Below, one piece after another: positions 1-9,207 of a DNA stretch of 26,983 nucleotides (position 1 is its first letter; each line of letters opens with the position of its first letter). The notes below the pieces were generated by a model. That model did no database searches. It saw nothing but the letters and a program-made list of their open reading frames with translations, and had not been told where the DNA came from. The position numbers and the translations under genes were made by a program. The DNA comes from Candidatus Izemoplasmatales bacterium (GTDB lineage Bacteria; Bacillota_I; Bacilli_A; Izemoplasmatales; Hujiaoplasmataceae), in the NCBI GenBank assembly GCA_041652855.1, contig JBAZGL010000001.1, positions 1-26,983 on the forward strand. The letters run 5' to 3'.

Positions 1-909
1 CTGATCAGTTACAAATTCACGAATCCGATTTTAGAAATCAATAAGGTCGCACAGAATATTGCCAACTTGCGTTTCGATGAACGCGTCAACATCAATGCGA
101 AAGATGAGATTGGAGATCTCGGAAACAGTATCAATATGATGAGCCATCAGCTTGAAGATGCCATCAATGAGTTGAAGCGAGCAAATGAGCAATTGTCCCA
201 AGACATCGAGCTGAAAGATAAGATCGATGCCATGCGGAAAGAGTTTATTGCGAATGCGTCCCACGAATTGAAAACGCCCTTATCATTGATCATGGGATAT
301 AGTGAAGCACTGAAATTGTCTGGACTCGATCAAGCCACGACCGAAGAATATGTCAATATCATCCTAGACGAAACGAACAAGATGAACAAATTGGTGATGG
401 GTTTATTGAAAATTTCACAACTTGAAGGCGGATTCACCGAATCTCAGTTATCGATTTTTTCCATAGTGGATTTGATTGAAGAGACTTTGCGATTGTTTTC
501 CATTGTGTTTGATGAGAACAAAATACACCTCGAGACGAGTCTTTTGGATTTAGAGGTAGAGTCGGATTATGACCAATTACAGACAGTTCTCACTAATTTC
601 ATCGCAAACGCATTGCATCATGTCGATGAAAATCGCAAAGTGAAAGTTTATGTGGAACGATTGTCCGACACGGATATTCGCGTGGTCGTCTATAATAGTG
701 GCATTTCGCTACCTGAGGCGGAATTCGAGCGTATTTGGGAGAGCTTCTATAAGGTCGATAAAGCGCGCACGCGAAGTTATGGAGGACAAGGACTTGGACT
801 CAGCATTGCCAAAACGACCTTGAGCAACTTGGGACATGCATATGGTGTTCGGAACGTTTCAGGGGGCGTAGAGTTTTATTTTGATATTAAAACAATAGTC
901 CCAAAATAA
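1..909 (+). CDS. Two-component sensor histidine kinase (HAMP-HisKA-HATPase), 5'-truncated by the window edge
   Basis: Frame is open from base 1 (LISYKFTNPILEINKVAQNIANLRF..., HAMP-like). H-box ANASHELKTPL, N-box NFIANALHH, and FYKVDKARTR/GGQGLGLSI G-boxes. Stop TAA at 907-909. Confidence 0.93.
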   Translation: MISYKFTNPILEINKVAQNIANLRFDERVNINAKDEIGDLGNSINMMSHQLEDAINELKRANEQLSQDIELKDKIDAMRKEFIANASHELKTPLSLIMGYSEALKLSGLDQATTEEYVNIILDETNKMNKLVMGLLKISQLEGGFTESQLSIFSIVDLIEETLRLFSIVFDENKIHLETSLLDLEVESDYDQLQTVLTNFIANALHHVDENRKVKVYVERLSDTDIRVVVYNSGISLPEAEFERIWESFYKVDKARTRSYGGQGLGLSIAKTTLSNLGHAYGVRNVSGGVEFYFDIKTIVPK

Positions 910-977
910 CCTGTTTTCCCCGATTTCCTTGTGTCAGATCAAAATAGAAATACAGGACATTATCTTATGTCTTAACC

Positions 978-1006
978 TTGTATTATCTCAAATGATGTGA
1001 TAAAAT
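978..1006 (+). promoter_or_regulatory. Putative sigmaA promoter for the capD-like gene
   Basis: TTGTAT (978-983), 17-bp spacer, TAAAAT (1001-1006) preceded by TG at 998-999 (extended -10). GGGGAG RBS before ATG 1040. Confidence 0.6.
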
Positions 1007-1039
1007 CTTGTTATCATTTAGGGGTCATGGGGGAGTTTT

Positions 1040-2914
1040 ATGAGCGATCGGATCACAACTTCTTTTGGCGAGTACATGAAAAAAATCCGAGTCTACCAAT
1101 TTATCTTTGTCGACGCCATCGGAATTCTTATCACATACCTTCTCGCTTTTGCCTCACTGAAATACACCGGAGTACCAGGTTTTTCTTTTCGGATGGCATT
1201 AGTTGTATTGCCCTTTTTCATCGTATTCAAAATCATTGTCTACTTCATCTTCAAATTTTATAAACTGATATTGGAAAATGTCGGTATTGATGAAATCATT
1301 CGGATCTTCTTGGGTGTCACTTTAACCAATGGTATAGCCATGGTTTTTTTCTTGATATTTGACGAAATCGTTTTTATCCCGATGATCTATTATGTATTCA
1401 CGACCGTGATCGAAGCCATCATCCTTTCCTTTCCGCGTTTGCTCAAGCGATTCTTGAGCATCTTTTTCATCAAACGAATTAAGATCGGCGGTAAGCGGAC
1501 TTTGTTGGTCGGTGCAGGCGCAGGGGGGAAACTCGTACTCAATGAAATTCGTTCTAACCCCCAATTGATGAACATTCCCATTGCTTTCGTTGACGATGAT
1601 CCAGACAAAATCGGACGCATCATGTCGGGGTATAAGATATATGGCCCGATATTGTCGATTCCCAAATTCATTGATGATTTCGATATTGAGGAAGTCATCA
1701 TCACGATTGCAGATATCGATTCGATGAGGTTTCAAGAGATCATCCAAATCATCGCTGAACGCCCAGTCAAGATCAAACGGATTCCCAAGTTCAAGGAACT
1801 CAAAAAAGATGTGCCAAAATCATTGCTTGAGGTGAATGTCGAAGACCTCTTATCGCGGGATGTCATCGAACTCGATGACGATAGCATTCATCAGTTCATC
1901 AGTGGTAAACGGGTTCTTGTGACAGGGGCAGGAGGATCGATTGGTTCAGAACTCGTGCGCCAGATCGTGGATTACCGGCCTCAGGAAGTGTTGATGGTCG
2001 ATATTTATGAGAATGGTGTCTATGATTTGCAAATGGAGTTGAATTTCAAATTCTCGCAACCCGGCATCCAACCTGTCAATCGAAAAGTGTTGATTGCATC
2101 GGTATACAATTATGAGCGAATGGAGAGCATATTCTCCAGTTTCAAACCGCAGATTCTTTTTCATGCGGCCGCGTATAAACACGTGCCTTTGATGGAAGAT
2201 TCCTCAGTTGAAGCGATCAGAACCAACATTCTTGGCACCTATAACATATGCAAATTGGCATCTCAATTCAAAGTCGAACAAATGGTGCTTGTATCAAGCG
2301 ACAAAGCCGGCCGACCCACGAATGTCATGGGTGCCACAAAACGGTTTGCCGAAATGATCATGCAGCATTTCTCACAGATATCTAAGACAAAATACTCCGC
2401 GGTTCGCTTTGGCAATGTTTTGGGCAGCAACGGATCCGTGGTGCCCTTATTCAAAAAGCAAATCGAACGTGGGGGTCCGTTGACCGTGACGGATCGCAAT
2501 ATCATCCGTTATTTCATGACTATTCCGGAAGCTGTCGGTCTGATTCTCCAATCCGCGACCTTTGCCAAAGGGGGAGAGATATTCATCCTCGATATGGGAG
2601 AGCCCGTTCGGATTATCGATCTTGCGGAAAAGATGATCATGCTGACAGGGTTGAGACCCTACATCGACATCGACATACAAATCACAGGTTTGCGTCCGGG
2701 CGAGAAATTGTTTGAAGAGCTTCTGCTCGACATCAATAAAAACAACATTAAGACGCCGAACAAAAAGATATTCATCGACACCTGCGAAGACCACAAAGCG
2801 ATTGAAGAAGAATTGCAGATGGTGTTTTCATCCTTTGAGAAACTGAAAAATAAAGAAATCAAGAAATTAATCAAAGAGATTGTGCCGACCTATTCGCCGA
2901 ATGGCGATAGTTGA
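1040..2914 (+). CDS. capD: CapD/PglF/WbpM-family nucleoside-diphosphate sugar 4,6-dehydratase (polysaccharide biosynthesis protein), 624 aa
   Basis: About 4 N-terminal TM segments, GAGAGG linker domain, then GAGGSIGSEL, FHAAAYKHVP, SSDKA, NVMGATK, RFGNVLGSNGSV, RYFMTIPEA and GLRPGEKLFEEL motifs. Confidence 0.88.
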   Translation: MSDRITTSFGEYMKKIRVYQFIFVDAIGILITYLLAFASLKYTGVPGFSFRMALVVLPFFIVFKIIVYFIFKFYKLILENVGIDEIIRIFLGVTLTNGIAMVFFLIFDEIVFIPMIYYVFTTVIEAIILSFPRLLKRFLSIFFIKRIKIGGKRTLLVGAGAGGKLVLNEIRSNPQLMNIPIAFVDDDPDKIGRIMSGYKIYGPILSIPKFIDDFDIEEVIITIADIDSMRFQEIIQIIAERPVKIKRIPKFKELKKDVPKSLLEVNVEDLLSRDVIELDDDSIHQFISGKRVLVTGAGGSIGSELVRQIVDYRPQEVLMVDIYENGVYDLQMELNFKFSQPGIQPVNRKVLIASVYNYERMESIFSSFKPQILFHAAAYKHVPLMEDSSVEAIRTNILGTYNICKLASQFKVEQMVLVSSDKAGRPTNVMGATKRFAEMIMQHFSQISKTKYSAVRFGNVLGSNGSVVPLFKKQIERGGPLTVTDRNIIRYFMTIPEAVGLILQSATFAKGGEIFILDMGEPVRIIDLAEKMIMLTGLRPYIDIDIQITGLRPGEKLFEELLLDINKNNIKTPNKKIFIDTCEDHKAIEEELQMVFSSFEKLKNKEIKKLIKEIVPTYSPNGDS

Positions 2915-2931
2915 TCCGAAAAAATCCTGAG

Positions 2932-2959
2932 ACATCGCCCTTCCATGGCGATGTTTTTT
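2932..2959 (+). terminator. Rho-independent terminator after the capD-like gene
   Basis: Perfect 8-bp stem ACATCGCC / GGCGATGT with a 7-nt loop, followed by a T run to 2959. Confidence 0.85.
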
Positions 2960-3043
2960 ATCATCCGGATCCAGTGTGTGACGAGACGAAACATGTCATT
3001 CGGATTTCTGATGTCTAGACCTCTTTATCATTCTGTTGCTTTA

Positions 3044-3052
3044 TGGTATGAT
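3044..3052 (+). promoter_or_regulatory. Possible extended -10 promoter for the rlmD-family gene
   Basis: TGgTATGAT about 55 nt upstream of ATG 3106; the -35 match is weak. Confidence 0.4.
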
Positions 3053-3105
3053 ATGAATAGAACCCGAATGCGATGATATCGTCATCAGTGAAAGGGGGTT
3101 GGGCC

Positions 3106-4500
3106 ATGGAAAACCTCAGCGTCGGCAGTCGTATCACGCTGGATATTCGCAAACAAGGTATTAACGGAGAAGGAATTGGATACTTCAATAAACTCACTGT
3201 TTTTGTTCATGGTGCCATCTTAAAGGAAACCGTATTGTGCGAGGTTGTGGAGTTGCATCAGACCTATGCGATGGCGAAAATCATCGAGATCATTCGCGAG
3301 TCTACCCGCAGAGTCGTTCCGTTGTGCAAGTTCTATGACCGGTGCGGTGGCTGTCAAATGCAGCACATTCATTATCGCGAGCAGCTCAAGATCAAACAAA
3401 GCATCATTCATCAGGCATTGTCGCGATATACCGAACTCAATCGTCAGGAAATCGACGTGATGCGAACCATCGGCATGGATGATACCTATCGTTATCGCAA
3501 CAAAGCCCAAATGCCTTTGAAGAACACAAATTTTGGACTCGCTTTGGGTTTGTATGCCCCCGGCAGCAACCAATTCGTATATGTGGATACGTGCATCGTC
3601 CAAGATGAAGCCGTCAACCTTATCAACAAAGAGACTTTGTCGCTGTTTCGCAAGCATGATTTGCTTGCGAACGATTCGAGCAATCCTGAAGGCATTCTTT
3701 TGAATTTGGTGACTCGGTATCTCGCATCAACCCATACGGCGAGCGTGACCTTCGTCGTGACAGAGTTTGATGAAAGACTGAAAACAATTGCCAAAGAGTT
3801 GTTGGCTAAAAATACCGTCATTCGTTCTGTGAGTTATTCCATCAATCGCAAGAAGAATCCCCAAGTCATGGGGGATCATGTCACCTTCCTTGGTGGTGAG
3901 AAGCAGATTTATGAACATTTCGAAGGCATGGATATCGGGATTTCACCTGATGCGTTCCATCAACTCAACTCACGGCAAATGCGGATTCTGTATTCGGAGA
4001 TGCTGAAAGCTGCGCGCTTGACTGGAACGGAGTTGGTTGTGGACGCGTACTCGGGGATCGGGATCACATCGCTTATTTTGGCGAAATCGGCAAAACACGT
4101 CTATGGCATTGATTACTCGAGCGCTTCGATCAAAGATGCAATCGATAATCAACACAAAAACCATATCAAAAATGTGACATTCATTGAACACCATGTCGAG
4201 AGAGGACTCCCGGAATTGTTTAAGAAGGGCATCATCCCCGATGTCCTGATCGTCGATCCACCGCGGGCAGGTCTTCAAGAATCGTTGATCAAGGCGATTC
4301 TTGCGGTACGGATCCCGAAGCTGGTCTATGTCTCTTGCAATCCATCGACCTTAGCAAAAAACCTGAACCTATTATTTAAGTCGTATCGACTTGAATATAT
4401 CCAACCTATTGATATGTTTCCCCATACAGCAAGTGTGGAGAGTGTGACCTTACTGACTTTGAAATCAACCTATAAAACGCCTGAACCCGTGAGGGAATGA
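3106..4500 (+). CDS. rlmD: RlmD/TrmA-family RNA (uracil-C5)-methyltransferase, 464 aa
   Basis: TRAM-like N-terminus (GINGEG), Fe-S motif CKFYDRCGGC, YRNKAQ, VDAYSGIG, VDPPRAG, catalytic YVSCNP and DMFPHTASVE. Start moved to ATG 3106, downstream of a GAAAGGGGG RBS. The exact RNA target is not established. Confidence 0.85.
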   Translation: MENLSVGSRITLDIRKQGINGEGIGYFNKLTVFVHGAILKETVLCEVVELHQTYAMAKIIEIIRESTRRVVPLCKFYDRCGGCQMQHIHYREQLKIKQSIIHQALSRYTELNRQEIDVMRTIGMDDTYRYRNKAQMPLKNTNFGLALGLYAPGSNQFVYVDTCIVQDEAVNLINKETLSLFRKHDLLANDSSNPEGILLNLVTRYLASTHTASVTFVVTEFDERLKTIAKELLAKNTVIRSVSYSINRKKNPQVMGDHVTFLGGEKQIYEHFEGMDIGISPDAFHQLNSRQMRILYSEMLKAARLTGTELVVDAYSGIGITSLILAKSAKHVYGIDYSSASIKDAIDNQHKNHIKNVTFIEHHVERGLPELFKKGIIPDVLIVDPPRAGLQESLIKAILAVRIPKLVYVSCNPSTLAKNLNLLFKSYRLEYIQPIDMFPHTASVESVTLLTLKSTYKTPEPVRE

Positions 4501-4502
4501 AT

Positions 4503-4883
4503 ATGAAATCGGAAACTTGGTTAAAAATCATGAATATCCTGAGCTGGGCAATCCGAGCTTTCACGATTCTGTTTTCCGGATTCATGTTGGTGTTGTTCAT
4601 CGGTCAGGACTTTCAACTGTTGAGCGACGTTGAAGTCGCGATGTTTGTCTTTATTCCCTTGTTGTACTTGATTGGAGGGATTGTATCGCTTTTTCGGGAA
4701 CTCATCGGCGGATCGATGTTATTCGTGAGTGTCGTCGGTTTCAACATCGCGAACAACATCGGTAATTCGAATGGCGTCATCGATTTCCCGTTTTGGTTTC
4801 TTTTAATCCCCGCTTTTATGATTGTGGTTCATTGGGCGTTCACAAAACAAAGTGGAAAGACCCAGGAATCAATGAGCGATTGA
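4503..4883 (+). CDS. Small hypothetical membrane protein (~4 TM, 126 aa)
   Basis: Four hydrophobic stretches. GAGGGA RBS favours ATG 4503; the alternative start 4497 overlaps the rlmD stop. Confidence 0.7.
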   Translation: MKSETWLKIMNILSWAIRAFTILFSGFMLVLFIGQDFQLLSDVEVAMFVFIPLLYLIGGIVSLFRELIGGSMLFVSVVGFNIANNIGNSNGVIDFPFWFLLIPAFMIVVHWAFTKQSGKTQESMSD

Positions 4884-4952
4884 GACTCAGTAGCGCGTGA
4901 AGCTTGTCATGATTTTCAGTAATAGAAATTCACATAATGAATGAGGTGCCAC

Positions 4953-6617
4953 ATGAAGACGGATTTAGAAATTGCACAAGCATCAAAAATGAGACCCATC
5001 CACTTGGTCGCGAAAGCCTTGGGCATCAATCAACGGTATCTAGAGACCTACGGTGCATACAAGGCCAAAATCAAACCTTTCCCTTTCTCGAATGAACCCA
5101 AGTCGTCAGGAAAAGTCATCCTTGTCACAGCCATCACCCCCACACCGGCAGGAGAAGGAAAATCCACAACGACCATTGGTTTGGGAGATGCCCTCAATCG
5201 CTTGGGCAAAAAAGCGATGATTTGTCTTCGTGAGCCATCGCTCGGTCCGGTGATGGGCGTCAAAGGCGGAGCGGCCGGAGGCGGATATGCCCAAGTGGTT
5301 CCGATGGAAGACATCAATCTTCATTTCACCGGTGACATCCACGCGATCACGAGCGCAAACAATCTGATCAGCGCTGTCATTGATAATCACATATACCATG
5401 GGAATGCGCTTTCGCTTGATAAGGAGCGAATTATCTGGAAACGTGCGATGGATATGAATGATCGCGCACTTCGCATGATCGAAGTGGGGCGTTCAAGCAA
5501 AAAAGAGACACCGAGGCCGGATGGATTCGATATATCAGTGGCTTCCGAGATCATGGCGGTTTTGTGTTTGAGTCAGAATATGGATGATCTCAAACAACGA
5601 TTGGCGCGGATGGTCGTGGGATATAATCTCGATTCTCAACCCATCACTGCCAAAGACCTCAACGTCCATGGTGCGGTCGCGATGTTGTTGAAGGATGCTT
5701 TGAAGCCGAACCTCGTGCAGACGCTTGAACATACACCGGTGTTCATCCATGGCGGACCATTCGCCAATATCGCGCATGGATGCAATTCGGTCATCGCCAC
5801 GGATCTTGCGACGAAGCTGGCCGATTATGTGGTGACGGAAGCGGGTTTCGGAGCGGATCTGGGCATGGAGAAATTTATTCATATCAAAGCTCCGGTGCTG
5901 AAAAGAATGCCTTCTGCGGTTGTGCTCGTCGCGAGTATTCGCGCGCTAAAGATGCACGGTGGTTTGAGCAAAGCTATGATCAAGGATGAGAACATCGAGG
6001 CCTTGAAAGCGGGCATCGTCAATCTGGAGAAACATATCGAGAACATTCGCGCCTTCGATCTTCCCTTCGTCGTCGCCTTGAACCACTTCGAGAGCGATAG
6101 CGACGCTGAGGTCGAATGGATATTGAAGTGGGCTCAAGAGAACCGTGTTCCGATGGCTTTGTCAGATGTCTTTGCCAAAGGGTCGAAAGGCGGTGTCGAC
6201 CTTGCCCAAGCGGTGTTGGAAATCATCGAGGGGAATCCAGATCATCAAGGAAAACAGTTGTATCAGAGGGAAGCATCTATCGAGGAAAAAGTGACCACGA
6301 TTGCTCGAAAACTATACGGGGCGAGTCATGTCATTTTCTCGGAAAAGGCTCAAGCCTTTATCATAGAGGCCTCTCGACTGGGTTGGGACACACTAGCTAT
6401 CTGTATGGCGAAAACGCCTTTATCGCTTTCCGACAATCCCAAGTTATTGGGAAGACCAAGGGATTTCACGGTCACAATCCGCGATTTCAAACCTTCGATT
6501 GGTGCGGGATTCATCGTCGCATTGACCGGAGATATCATGACTATGCCCGGGTTGCCTAAAATCGGAGCATTTGAGAATATGGATGTCATTGATGATAAAA
6601 TCATCGGTTTATTTTAG
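4953..6617 (+). CDS. fhs: Formate--tetrahydrofolate ligase, 554 aa
   Basis: TPTPAGEGKSTT, LREPSLGP, KGGAAGGGYAQV, NLHFTGD, HGGPFANIAHG, TEAGFGADLG and TMPGLP motifs. GAGGTG RBS before ATG 4953. Confidence 0.97.
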   Translation: MKTDLEIAQASKMRPIHLVAKALGINQRYLETYGAYKAKIKPFPFSNEPKSSGKVILVTAITPTPAGEGKSTTTIGLGDALNRLGKKAMICLREPSLGPVMGVKGGAAGGGYAQVVPMEDINLHFTGDIHAITSANNLISAVIDNHIYHGNALSLDKERIIWKRAMDMNDRALRMIEVGRSSKKETPRPDGFDISVASEIMAVLCLSQNMDDLKQRLARMVVGYNLDSQPITAKDLNVHGAVAMLLKDALKPNLVQTLEHTPVFIHGGPFANIAHGCNSVIATDLATKLADYVVTEAGFGADLGMEKFIHIKAPVLKRMPSAVVLVASIRALKMHGGLSKAMIKDENIEALKAGIVNLEKHIENIRAFDLPFVVALNHFESDSDAEVEWILKWAQENRVPMALSDVFAKGSKGGVDLAQAVLEIIEGNPDHQGKQLYQREASIEEKVTTIARKLYGASHVIFSEKAQAFIIEASRLGWDTLAICMAKTPLSLSDNPKLLGRPRDFTVTIRDFKPSIGAGFIVALTGDIMTMPGLPKIGAFENMDVIDDKIIGLF

Positions 6618-6629
6618 GAGGTTAGCCGT

Positions 6630-7058
6630 ATGAAACAAGACTGGAAAGATTTACCCAAACGATTGCACGATCTTGGATTGTCAGTCGTCGAAAAGACGAA
6701 AAAAGGAATCAAACAAGTCAAAGAGAGTATTGAAAACACCGTGTTGGAAGATCAGTTGCGTAAGCGGTTCAATTTGGAAAATCCGTACAAATTTCAACTT
6801 GTGAAGCCAGATCGTTCCCTCGGTTCATGGATTCAGGAACAGCTACCGCGTCACGCCAAGAGATATGATGAGGATGATTTGTTCGTGTTTTATGGTTCTA
6901 TAGAACAAAACGGATTTTCAAATGGTGAAATCATCAAGGATCTGAGCGATGAAGCGATGTATAAGATCGTGCACCAAGTGGAAGTATGTGTGTCGGTTCG
7001 CTTGGATGAAAAAGCTCATGATGTCGTCGCGACGGCAGTGAGTTGTGAACTGCTATGA
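6630..7058 (+). CDS. Hypothetical protein, 142 aa
   Basis: GGAGG RBS, 12 nt after the fhs stop, ATGA overlap with the next gene. No family recognised. Confidence 0.75.
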   Translation: MKQDWKDLPKRLHDLGLSVVEKTKKGIKQVKESIENTVLEDQLRKRFNLENPYKFQLVKPDRSLGSWIQEQLPRHAKRYDEDDLFVFYGSIEQNGFSNGEIIKDLSDEAMYKIVHQVEVCVSVRLDEKAHDVVATAVSCELL

Positions 7059-7642
7059 GCGACAAGGAATTGTTTCTCGACATTTTTAAAAGTACCATCC
7101 ATCGCCCCGGAACTGAGGAACTGTTGAAGTTCTTGCTTGAACAGTCGGACTTTTTGACCGCGCCTGCATCCACGCGTTTTCATTTATCATGTGAAGGCGG
7201 ACTGCTTCGCCATTCGCTCAACGTCTATGAAGCCTTGAAAGCATATTTGGCACGTGAACGCGTCAGAGATTTATATGGATTGAAACCATCGGATGAGACC
7301 ATTGCCATCGTGGCTTTGCTTCATGATGTGTGCAAGATTAATGTGTACCGCAAGTCTTTCCGGAACGTCAAAGATGCCTCGGGCACTTGGACCAAAGTGC
7401 CTTCCTATGACTATCAAGATGATCTCCCCTACGGTCACGGGGAAAAGTCGGTCTACATATTGTCCGGATTCATCAAACTTAGCCGAGAGGAAGCATTCGC
7501 AATCCGTTATCACATGGGTTTTTCTGATACCGAAGACAAGCAGAATGTATCCCGGGCATTCGAGATGTTCCCCCTTGCTTTTGCGTTGTCGGTTGCGGAT
7601 ATGGAAGCGACATTCCTCGTAGAAAGCAAAGAAAACTCATGA
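7055..7642 (+). CDS. HD-domain metal-dependent phosphohydrolase, 195 aa
   Basis: APASTRFH..EGGLLRHSLNV, LLHDVCK (HD), GHGEKS, AIRYHMG and C-terminal AD motifs. Confidence 0.85.
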   Translation: MSDKELFLDIFKSTIHRPGTEELLKFLLEQSDFLTAPASTRFHLSCEGGLLRHSLNVYEALKAYLARERVRDLYGLKPSDETIAIVALLHDVCKINVYRKSFRNVKDASGTWTKVPSYDYQDDLPYGHGEKSVYILSGFIKLSREEAFAIRYHMGFSDTEDKQNVSRAFEMFPLAFALSVADMEATFLVESKENS

Positions 7643-7655
7643 GTCTCATACGAAT

Positions 7656-7685
7656 GGAATTTCCAATTTGGAAGTTCCTTTTTTT
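7656..7685 (+). terminator. Rho-independent terminator closing the fhs-hypothetical-HD unit
   Basis: GGAATTTCCA-ATT-TGGAAGTTCC stem (one G-U pair) followed by T7. Confidence 0.75.
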
Positions 7686-7705
7686 CATCAATCTCAAGTG
7701 TGCTG

Positions 7706-7714
7706 TGATATAAT
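7706..7714 (+). promoter_or_regulatory. Extended -10 promoter for the MATE gene
   Basis: Perfect TGaTATAAT just after the terminator and upstream of the GAGGTG RBS (7726-7731). Confidence 0.65.
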
Positions 7715-7736
7715 TAATGACACATGAGGTGATAGG

Positions 7737-9128
7737 GTGTCGAAGGTTTTTGACCTGACAGAAGGGTCTATTATCAAGAAGTTGTTTCTGCTGGCTTTGC
7801 CGGTGTTGCTGACGACGATTTCGCAGATGGCGTATAATTTGACCGACATGTTTTGGATTGGTCGGGTGGACAACATCGGTCTTGTCGAAAAAGAAGCGAT
7901 TTCCGCGATTGGCACCGCGGGATATGTGACGTGGTTCGCTTTTGGTTTGATTCTGATTGCAAAAATCGGGACGAGTGTGAAAGTGTCGCATGCGGTGGGA
8001 GAAAAACAATGGGGTGATTTAAACCGTTACGCCTCGAACGGACTGTTGCTTCAACTACTGTTGGGAAGCGTTTTTTCGGTGTTGATCTTCATCTTCAAAC
8101 GTCCGATTCTCTCGATATTCGATATTTCAAGTCCTCAAGTCGTCATTTATGCGATGCAGTATCTGTCGATTGTCGGCGGTTTGTTGGTTTTCCAATTCGT
8201 ATCCAACGGATTCGCTGCGATTAATGAAGGTTTGGGAAAGACGAAGACGAATTTCCGGATCATGGTCGTCGGCCTGATTGTCAACATGATCTTGGATCCG
8301 ATTTTGATCCTTGTTTTCCGGCTCGGGGTCCAAGGGGCGGCGATTGCGACTGTAATCGCACAGGGACTGACGCTCGGAGTCTTCTTTCTTCATCATCACT
8401 GGCAGAAAGAGAAACTGTACCGGTTTCATGTCTCTGAGTTCGATCCCAAGGCGATGCAGGATATTTTGCGCATCGGACTACCAGCGGGAATCCAAAGTAT
8501 GGTTTTTACATCCATTTCCATCTATATCGCTCGGATGGTCTTCCGCTTTGGCGATGATGTGATGGCGGCGCAACGCGTCGGCACGCAAATTGAGCAATTG
8601 ACGTGGATGATATCCGGAGGGTTCCAAGCCGCGCTAACGGTGTTCGTCGGGCAAAACTTCGGCGCGAAAGCCTTCGGTCGGATTCGCAAAGGCTTCGGAA
8701 TCATCTCGTTTGTGCTCCTTCCCTATGCGTTCATCGTGGGACTCATGCTTTTTTTCTTCGGCGAGGAGTTGATGGGTCTGTTCCTTGACGACCCCGTGAC
8801 GAAGGCCTTCGGCATGAGGTATTTGCGCATCATCTCTTTGGCGCAGGTATTTATGATGGCAGAAGCCATCGGGGCTGGTGTGTTCAATGGGATTGGTCGC
8901 ACGTATGTGCCCTCCATCATTGGGGTCATCGGTAACGGTATCCGCATCCCGTTAGCAATGTTTCTGATCCTGTCGTTTCAGGAAGAGGGCATATGGTGGG
9001 CGCTCAATTACTCGGATATTTTCAAAGGGATCATTCTGTTCGCAGGAGCGGTGATCGTCCTCATCAACATTGAAAAGATCCGCCGCAAGCAAAGCAAAAA
9101 ATTGATTGTTCCCGCAGAGGGAGTTTAG
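7737..9128 (+). CDS. MATE-family efflux transporter, 463 aa
   Basis: GTG start with RBS; DLTEGSI..LFLLALP, YNLTDMFWIG, NMILDPILI, GVQGAAIATVIAQ and GQNFGAK motifs; about 12 TM segments. Confidence 0.93.
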   Translation: MSKVFDLTEGSIIKKLFLLALPVLLTTISQMAYNLTDMFWIGRVDNIGLVEKEAISAIGTAGYVTWFAFGLILIAKIGTSVKVSHAVGEKQWGDLNRYASNGLLLQLLLGSVFSVLIFIFKRPILSIFDISSPQVVIYAMQYLSIVGGLLVFQFVSNGFAAINEGLGKTKTNFRIMVVGLIVNMILDPILILVFRLGVQGAAIATVIAQGLTLGVFFLHHHWQKEKLYRFHVSEFDPKAMQDILRIGLPAGIQSMVFTSISIYIARMVFRFGDDVMAAQRVGTQIEQLTWMISGGFQAALTVFVGQNFGAKAFGRIRKGFGIISFVLLPYAFIVGLMLFFFGEELMGLFLDDPVTKAFGMRYLRIISLAQVFMMAEAIGAGVFNGIGRTYVPSIIGVIGNGIRIPLAMFLILSFQEEGIWWALNYSDIFKGIILFAGAVIVLINIEKIRRKQSKKLIVPAEGV

Positions 9129-9134
9129 TACAAG

Positions 9135-9178
9135 TCAGGACGTTTTCACGTATGAAATCGTCTGATATATGGTACAAT
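9135..9178 (+). promoter_or_regulatory. Inverted repeat plus extended -10 promoter upstream of the hydrolase/oxidoreductase operon
   Basis: Imperfect inverted repeat TCAGGACGTTTTCA-cgta-TGAAATCGTCTGA (9135-9165) without a U tract; TGgTACAAT at 9170-9178; AAGGAGG RBS before 9208. Confidence 0.5.
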
Positions 9179-9207
9179 AAAAGAGACATTTCTTAAGGAG
9201 GTCGCTG

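Noticed and set aside
910-956. Hairpin CCTGTTTTC/GAAATACAGG after the kinase gene as a terminator
   Set aside because: Very large loop, a bulge and no U tract.
4884-4952. ZTP or THF riboswitch upstream of fhs
   Set aside because: The spacer is only ~70 nt and shows none of the conserved aptamer motifs or a terminator.
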